From assembly GCA_937899865.1 (NCBI GenBank), contig CALBRH010000054.1, forward strand, positions 14,346 through 78,345: a DNA stretch of 64,000 nt, written 5' to 3'. The notes under the pieces were generated by a model. That model worked only from the letters and a program-made list of their open reading frames with translations. It was not told the origin of the DNA and searched no databases. The translations under genes were made by a program, and so were the position numbers. The stretch is from an uncultured euryarchaeote. GTDB taxonomy: Archaea > Thermoplasmatota > Poseidoniia > Poseidoniales > Poseidoniaceae. The stretch's first letter is position 1; each line of letters opens with the position of its first letter. Of the stretch, positions 58,655-64,000 are shown one piece after another.

Positions 58655-59325
58655 TCATACACCCCGACGGAGGCCTTCTCTTCAAACCTAACGACTGTCA
58701 TATTGACTAATAAGTCACCTAAACAATAGAATGCACCAACTAATAAAGGGGGATTCCAAGCGGTCAATCCAGTCCATGGCACCTCATTTGCCCAAGTCCA
58801 ATTGCCTAATTGTGTACCAACTATTTCCATAACTAATGCTGCCCAAGCCATTGAAGCATACAAACAAGGTTGTGGGCCATATTTGGTAAATGCAAGTACC
58901 ATGATTAGCAATAGTGTGGCTGAAGTATCAGTTCCATCCCATACCCCGAATGCAACCATCGGAATGAATGGAAGCAGAATTGGCATGGCTAACTTTTGAT
59001 CAAACTTACTCGCTATTATTCTGCCTAAATCGAATAGGAAATAGTGGCCTGCGGGAACAAATAATGGCATTAATCCTCTTTGATATTCGTAAATTTTCCA
59101 AACCTCACTAAAGAATAACTCCATTGGGGTAGCAAAAGCAAGAACTGTCAACATCTCTATTCTTTCTTTACGATTGGTAGACTTGTAAATATAGCCAAAT
59201 ACTGACCAACACCAAATGTTCACTGGCCATTCTGCCATGTTATCAGGCATTAGTCCGCCAAATGCAGTGGCAGATACCCACAACCCTACAAGGATGGTTA
59301 GTGAGTATAACCATGCTCTGCCCAT
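58651..59325 (-). CDS. Hypothetical polytopic membrane protein
   Basis: Six to seven hydrophobic helices with internal pseudo-repeat E...W.(Y/W) motifs; overlaps the ferredoxin gene by 4 nt. Confidence 0.7.
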   Translation of the reverse strand: MGRAWLYSLTILVGLWVSATAFGGLMPDNMAEWPVNIWCWSVFGYIYKSTNRKERIEMLTVLAFATPMELFFSEVWKIYEYQRGLMPLFVPAGHYFLFDLGRIIASKFDQKLAMPILLPFIPMVAFGVWDGTDTSATLLLIMVLAFTKYGPQPCLYASMAWAALVMEIVGTQLGNWTWANEVPWTGLTAWNPPLLVGAFYCLGDLLVNMTVVRFEEKASVGVYE

Positions 59326-59378
59326 ATCTCTCCGAGAACTTGTTCAGTATAATCATGTATTCTTTCTGACAATAAAAA

Positions 59379-60590
59379 TCAATCTTGGTAAGCAGAGAAT
59401 TCTTTGCCCATTGCTAGCATGGAAAGTTCTGCCACTAAGGTGTGCCAACCATGAGCATTTTCACCATACAAATTGCCAATATTTGAGTAACTTTGGAATG
59501 ATGCACTTGGAGAGTTTAGATTCTCAATATCGCTTTTCTTTTCATTGATACGATAGAACCACGAGGCTGCTTGACCATCAACCAAGTAAACTACTGGCTC
59601 TACTGGACCGCCATTTTCAGTTTCCAGCCTAGTAGGAATTCCTTCTTGAATCAGAAAGTTTTCAACTTCTACTCCACCTTTAGAATACATTAATTTCTTC
59701 ATTTTCCTATTAGATAACGATAATAATTCCTCACCACTTTTTACCGACAGAATTCCTAAACCATAGGTTCCGCTATCATTCTTGATGAATACTACTGGTT
59801 CTCTGTCAATTCCCAATGAAGCGTATCTATCCCTTATCTTGTTGATAAATTCATCAACTTCTGCAGCAAGTTCTATTCGACAAGATTCTCTGTCTAAGCA
59901 CTTATCCATGGAGACGAACCAATCAGTAATTAGACTCCATGAGTCAATTCCTAACAACTCTGCTATTTCTTCGACATATTCACTCAAAGCTTCATAATGG
60001 TGTGATTTCTTCCTTTTATGCCAACCCATAACAGGAGGGGGTGAAACTCTACCAGTCCCAAGTCCTGGTACTATTCCTTCAGTAAGGTCGTTATTTAATA
60101 AAATCAAATCAGGCCTAAATCCATCGATCACAATGCTTTCCTGGCCATCGATTTCTTGTATCTCAACTACATCAAGTTTGAGTGGCCCAGAAAGGCCATC
60201 AATCGAGCCGTGGTCACTTAATTCTGGTGAACCAACAGTACACCTAAAACCGGCTTTTTCTATCAATCTATGCAACGTTGTTAGGTTTTCCACATATGCT
60301 GCATTCCTAGTATGAGATTCAGGATATAGGTGTATCCATTGACATTTATTATCGCGACGATTGATATGATTTTTTAGTAATGCAGCTAAATGCTCCTCAT
60401 CTTCCGAGGCAACATTATTGAATCCCGCAGGAAAGTGATTGGCATCTACTACTGCAATTTTCCATCCTGCATCTCTAACATCAACACTGCCATAAATTGG
60501 AATAGGGACTTCAGAACGTTTAGTATTCATCCAATCAGTAATTTCTTGGCGCTTAGACTCTAACAACTGATTCAATTCATTAAGTTTCAT
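59379..60590 (-). CDS. gshA: Glutamate--cysteine ligase, ATP-grasp GshA type
   Basis: PIYGSVDVRDAGWKIAVVDANHFPAGFNN, PESHTRN..Y..N, LLNNDL, GW..RKKS.H, KNDSGTYGLGI, IQEGIPT, EPVVY, ENLNSP. Confidence 0.85.
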   Translation of the reverse strand: MKLNELNQLLESKRQEITDWMNTKRSEVPIPIYGSVDVRDAGWKIAVVDANHFPAGFNNVASEDEEHLAALLKNHINRRDNKCQWIHLYPESHTRNAAYVENLTTLHRLIEKAGFRCTVGSPELSDHGSIDGLSGPLKLDVVEIQEIDGQESIVIDGFRPDLILLNNDLTEGIVPGLGTGRVSPPPVMGWHKRKKSHHYEALSEYVEEIAELLGIDSWSLITDWFVSMDKCLDRESCRIELAAEVDEFINKIRDRYASLGIDREPVVFIKNDSGTYGLGILSVKSGEELLSLSNRKMKKLMYSKGGVEVENFLIQEGIPTRLETENGGPVEPVVYLVDGQAASWFYRINEKKSDIENLNSPSASFQSYSNIGNLYGENAHGWHTLVAELSMLAMGKEFSAYQD

Positions 60591-62356
60591 ACTAAAACCT
60601 CCTCAATTAACGACTCTATAGAAAATTTTACCCGTTTATGTGCTGGTTCAATTATGTGTAGAGCCTCGAATAATCCAAGACCTAAAGCCATATCAGGTTG
60701 ATTTTTCAATACCTTGGTAAATTTGCTATACTTATTCGATAAATCTTTAGAGAAATGAGAAAATTCTGTAAGGAACGATTTCAATTGGTTAGGGGAAGTT
60801 GCAGTTCCCGCCGGCAATTTAGGTCGATCTGTGATATCTCTTGATAGTCCTGTCAACCTTGCAGCACTACGTAATGCCGCTTTTTCCAAGCCCATATTCG
60901 GCAGACGCCATTCTGTTGGTAAACGATAAGATTGTTCACGGTGATACTTTCCAAGGAAAGGAACTCTTACTTCTAAAGAGTGAGCCATAGAATGCCGGTC
61001 TACTAATCTAAGTTGGAAATTACTTAATTGTCCATGCTCTAATTCAAAGTTTAACATTTCATCCAAATTTTTGGTGTAATCACTAGGATGTAAACTGCTT
61101 GAATACCAACATGAATCACTGGGTAAATCTCGTTTAAGGATACTAGAAGTAACTGAAGGATCTATAGAATTTAATCTCTCAAGAACCAAGTTTTTGTGTT
61201 CTTTTAAGGACTTATATCGTGGATATCCTCCATGTATTTCGTCCGCTCCTTGACCGCATAATCCTACTTTGACATGCTTTCTCATCTCTTGGAATAATGG
61301 TTGGAAAAATAATACTGAAACATCTAAATCTTCACCAAACCAAGATAGTTGAGGAATATCATTGAAAAATGAATCCTCTGTCATTATTTTTTGATGATGT
61401 ATCAAATTTAGAGATGATGCGACATTCTCTGCTGCAATCCAATCTGGATTATCTTCACTTTCTGCAACTGTCCAACATTCAGGTACTGGTTTCCCTTCAC
61501 GCTCTGCAGCTTCACTAGCAACTGCTGCTACTAAAGATGAATCAAGCCCGCCAGATAAAACAATACCAACTGGAACATCAGCCATCAATCTCTCTTGAAC
61601 ACTTACTGTAAAAGATTCTAAAAGAGGCTTAGCACTAATATTAGGATTCCAACTCGAGGTTGGATTAAGTTTCTGGCGTTCAAAACTCGAAACTGAATAT
61701 AAGAATGGTTTGAATTCATCATCTAATCTCCAAACTTCAACTGTTCCAGGTCTAACTTGGTGTACATCCTCAATTAGAGTAGAGGAATCAAGTGTATATT
61801 CCCATGACAAACGTAATGCTAAAGATAATTCATCGAGTTTGGGATTATAGGATTCGTGTGCATGAAATGCTTTCATTTCACTAGCAAAAAGAAGGCTACC
61901 ACCTATATTACAACGAACTAATGGCTTTATTCCAAGTGGGTCACGAGCTAAAATCAATTCCTTTCTATTTGCATCCCAGAGTGCGAAACTAAACATCCCG
62001 TTGAGTTTTTTAATCCATTTTGTATGCATGTCGCCACCACCATTTTTGATGAAATTATCATGTAATGCAATGATTACCTCTGAATCTCCAGAAGTTTGCC
62101 ATCGATAGTTTAGTTTGGCTCTATAATCAAGGTGGTTGTAAATTTCTCCATTAGCAATTAATACCGTACCATTATTGCCAATTATTGGCTGACTACTACC
62201 TACAAGGTCAACAATTGACAGTCGGGTGTGGCCAAGTGCTATGTCTGAATCTTGCCAAATTCCATTTCCATCTGGACCCCTATGTGAAAGAATGCTAACC
62301 ATCCTCTGTATCACAACTTCATCTGGTGATGCAAACATCCCAGATATACCGCACAT
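60587..62356 (-). CDS. asnB: Asparagine synthase (glutamine-hydrolysing) family amidotransferase
   Basis: MCGI (Ntn Cys), HRGPD, RLSIVD, NGEIYN, ARDPLGIKPL, LSGGLDSS, GQGADE, EVRVPFL. Confidence 0.85.
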   Translation of the reverse strand: MCGISGMFASPDEVVIQRMVSILSHRGPDGNGIWQDSDIALGHTRLSIVDLVGSSQPIIGNNGTVLIANGEIYNHLDYRAKLNYRWQTSGDSEVIIALHDNFIKNGGGDMHTKWIKKLNGMFSFALWDANRKELILARDPLGIKPLVRCNIGGSLLFASEMKAFHAHESYNPKLDELSLALRLSWEYTLDSSTLIEDVHQVRPGTVEVWRLDDEFKPFLYSVSSFERQKLNPTSSWNPNISAKPLLESFTVSVQERLMADVPVGIVLSGGLDSSLVAAVASEAAEREGKPVPECWTVAESEDNPDWIAAENVASSLNLIHHQKIMTEDSFFNDIPQLSWFGEDLDVSVLFFQPLFQEMRKHVKVGLCGQGADEIHGGYPRYKSLKEHKNLVLERLNSIDPSVTSSILKRDLPSDSCWYSSSLHPSDYTKNLDEMLNFELEHGQLSNFQLRLVDRHSMAHSLEVRVPFLGKYHREQSYRLPTEWRLPNMGLEKAALRSAARLTGLSRDITDRPKLPAGTATSPNQLKSFLTEFSHFSKDLSNKYSKFTKVLKNQPDMALGLGLFEALHIIEPAHKRVKFSIESLIEEVLV

Positions 62357-62406
62357 AGACCAAGGTATGGGATTCTTTATTTGAAGAATCGCTTTCTACC
62401 TTATTA

Positions 62407-62520
62407 TTACCATAGAGGATAAGCGAACATTGCTACACCAAGTAGAATTATCGACAAAGCATATACAAAATAATACGCGCTTTGTGGCGGATCTGAGTAA
62501 TTGCCATCACTTTCTTCCAT
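62407..62520 (-). CDS. Small single-TM protein (37 aa)
   Basis: Manual translation: MEESDGNYSDPPQSAYYFVYALSIILLGVAMFAYPLW, followed by three in-frame TAA stops; fills an otherwise empty 210-nt gap. Confidence 0.6.
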   Translation of the reverse strand: MEESDGNYSDPPQSAYYFVYALSIILLGVAMFAYPLW

Positions 62521-62567
62521 GCTGCTCAATCCTTCCTATACTAAACCGCATTTTAACATATTGAATA

Positions 62568-63191
62568 TTACATCACATTCAGAAATGGTTCTAGAGTTAC
62601 TACTGCTACCAAAGGGATTAGTAGCATAGTAGCGTTATCATCTATGTAACGTAGTCTCGGTGTTTCTGCCAATACAGCGATTGGTGCAACGATCAAGCAT
62701 ACTATGATTGGCGTTCCAAATGCATACCAGCAAGCCAGCCAAATACCCAATACGAATACGCAGGCTGCCAAAATGACAGTCTTTGAGTCCATACCTTTTC
62801 TGCGCAATTCACCCATGAAAGGGTCGCCAAATGTCAACGAGAAAATTAGAGGATAAGCATACTCTTTGGTTGGTGTTATGAGTAATACCAAACCTATAGC
62901 CAAAGCACCCCATGCAAGGGCTGACACCTGCTTTGATTCATATTCTCTTTGTCCAAAAACTGTGAAACCCAATTTCAATCTAATCCCTTCTCCAACTGCT
63001 GCAATAATTACAATACCAGCTACAACCTCATCTAAACTCATACCTACTGAATCTGCAAATGTTTCTCCGTATTCGAAATAAAGGATTGGAATAATGAACA
63101 TTGCAAGGTGGAATAATCTTCTAAAAATATGGCCACTCATGCCTCCTACTGACAAATCAACAGGATTTGTTAACTCAACTTGTTCACTCAT
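62568..63191 (-). CDS. Dolichol/phytol kinase-like (CTP-dependent polyprenol kinase family) membrane protein
   Basis: RRLFHL, REYE, FGDP..G, IDDN motifs; multiple TM helices. Confidence 0.7.
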   Translation of the reverse strand: MSEQVELTNPVDLSVGGMSGHIFRRLFHLAMFIIPILYFEYGETFADSVGMSLDEVVAGIVIIAAVGEGIRLKLGFTVFGQREYESKQVSALAWGALAIGLVLLITPTKEYAYPLIFSLTFGDPFMGELRRKGMDSKTVILAACVFVLGIWLACWYAFGTPIIVCLIVAPIAVLAETPRLRYIDDNATMLLIPLVAVVTLEPFLNVM

Positions 63192-63192
63192 T

Positions 63193-64000
63193 TTATTGCC
63201 CACCTAATATACTGATGGCTTCATCGATAGAAATTGAACCTATCGCCAATGAAGACAAAATTTTGTCCAAATCCGGAGCATCAAGTATTTTTCGTTCATA
63301 ATGTGCAAGTAATCTCTCACGCCATCTCGCTCTTACGGAGCGACCTGAATCTGCCAAATTCAACAACACGTGTGCAGCCTCTGCAATTCCTGTTTCATTT
63401 AATGCGGATGTAAGTAAAACTGGAGGAGCATCCCCTAATCCTAATTCGAATGATTCTTGCAACTCTTCTGCGTGTTTTTCTGCTCCACTTAAATCAGATT
63501 TGTTTACTATAACTGCATCTGCCAATTCAAGTAAACCGGCCTTTTCAGCTTGAACACCATCACCACGGGCTGGTCCTTCAATCACTACAATTCGATCTGC
63601 AATTGCTGCACACCTAACTTCTGACTGTCCTGAGCCAACTGTTTCGACAATCACTCTATCCCACTTTGCAATATGCAAGAATTCAATCATGTCAGCAACA
63701 ATTAACGGAACATTGCCTGATGATTTTCTAGTCGCAATTGACCTAATGTAAATTTTATCTTTTAGCGCTTCATCATCCACTGAAGTAATTCTCACCCTAT
63801 CTCCTAACAAAGCGCCACCAGTTCTTGGTGATGAAGGGTCAATAGCAAGTAAGGCTATTTTCAAACCAGAATTTGCCCAAATACTCAATAGTTTATCGAT
63901 TAAACATGACTTTCCAACACCAGGTGCTCCTGTTATCGCAAGAGAATTCCAACTTTTCGAATCACTTGGATTTCCTTCTATATTCAAAACTTGACGTATT
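63193..64000 (-). CDS. MeaB/ArgK-family GTPase (5' end probably outside the window)
   Basis: ITGAPGVGKS, AIDPSSPRTGGALLGDRVR, VETVGSGQSE, QAEKAGLLE, VNKSD. Confidence 0.9.
   Translation of the reverse strand, partial: IRQVLNIEGNPSDSKSWNSLAITGAPGVGKSCLIDKLLSIWANSGLKIALLAIDPSSPRTGGALLGDRVRITSVDDEALKDKIYIRSIATRKSSGNVPLIVADMIEFLHIAKWDRVIVETVGSGQSEVRCAAIADRIVVIEGPARGDGVQAEKAGLLELADAVIVNKSDLSGAEKHAEELQESFELGLGDAPPVLLTSALNETGIAEAAHVLLNLADSGRSVRARWRERLLAHYERKILDAPDLDKILSSLAIGSISIDEAISILGGQ

Overview
A gene-dense, AT-rich archaeal core-genome segment. Archaeal informational genes (rpoH-rpoB-rpoA1-rpoA2-rpl30e, aCPSF1-psmB, rps3Ae, ZPR1, Pop5, purP), bacterial-type metabolic genes (plsC, thyA-folA, GshA, 7Fe ferredoxin) and CARDB and thrombospondin-repeat surface proteins together point to Marine Group II (Poseidoniales, Thermoplasmatota); the taxonomy is inferred. 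About 60 CDS and two tRNAs (Pro-TGG, Lys-TTT) are supported. I saw no CRISPR array or mobile element. The strongest novelty candidate is an intronless, eukaryote-like Cid1/TUT4/7-type terminal nucleotidyltransferase (about 28610-30679). It keeps the catalytic aspartates and the UTP-selecting histidine, is fused to an archaeal COG1340-like coiled coil, and lies in a cluster with three more coiled-coil paralogues, a GNAT and a roadblock-like protein. Other notable items are a Rieske/cytochrome b operon whose subunit IV is fused to an HdrD/GlpC-like Fe-S/CCG module, a homologous N-terminal domain shared by RpoH and RpoA'', a Cys4 insertion in the RpoA' dock region, an apparently inactive arginine decarboxylase homologue, a HemK-BirA fusion, two unannotated microproteins and a structured rps3Ae leader. 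All family calls come from motif recognition by eye; no database searches were run.
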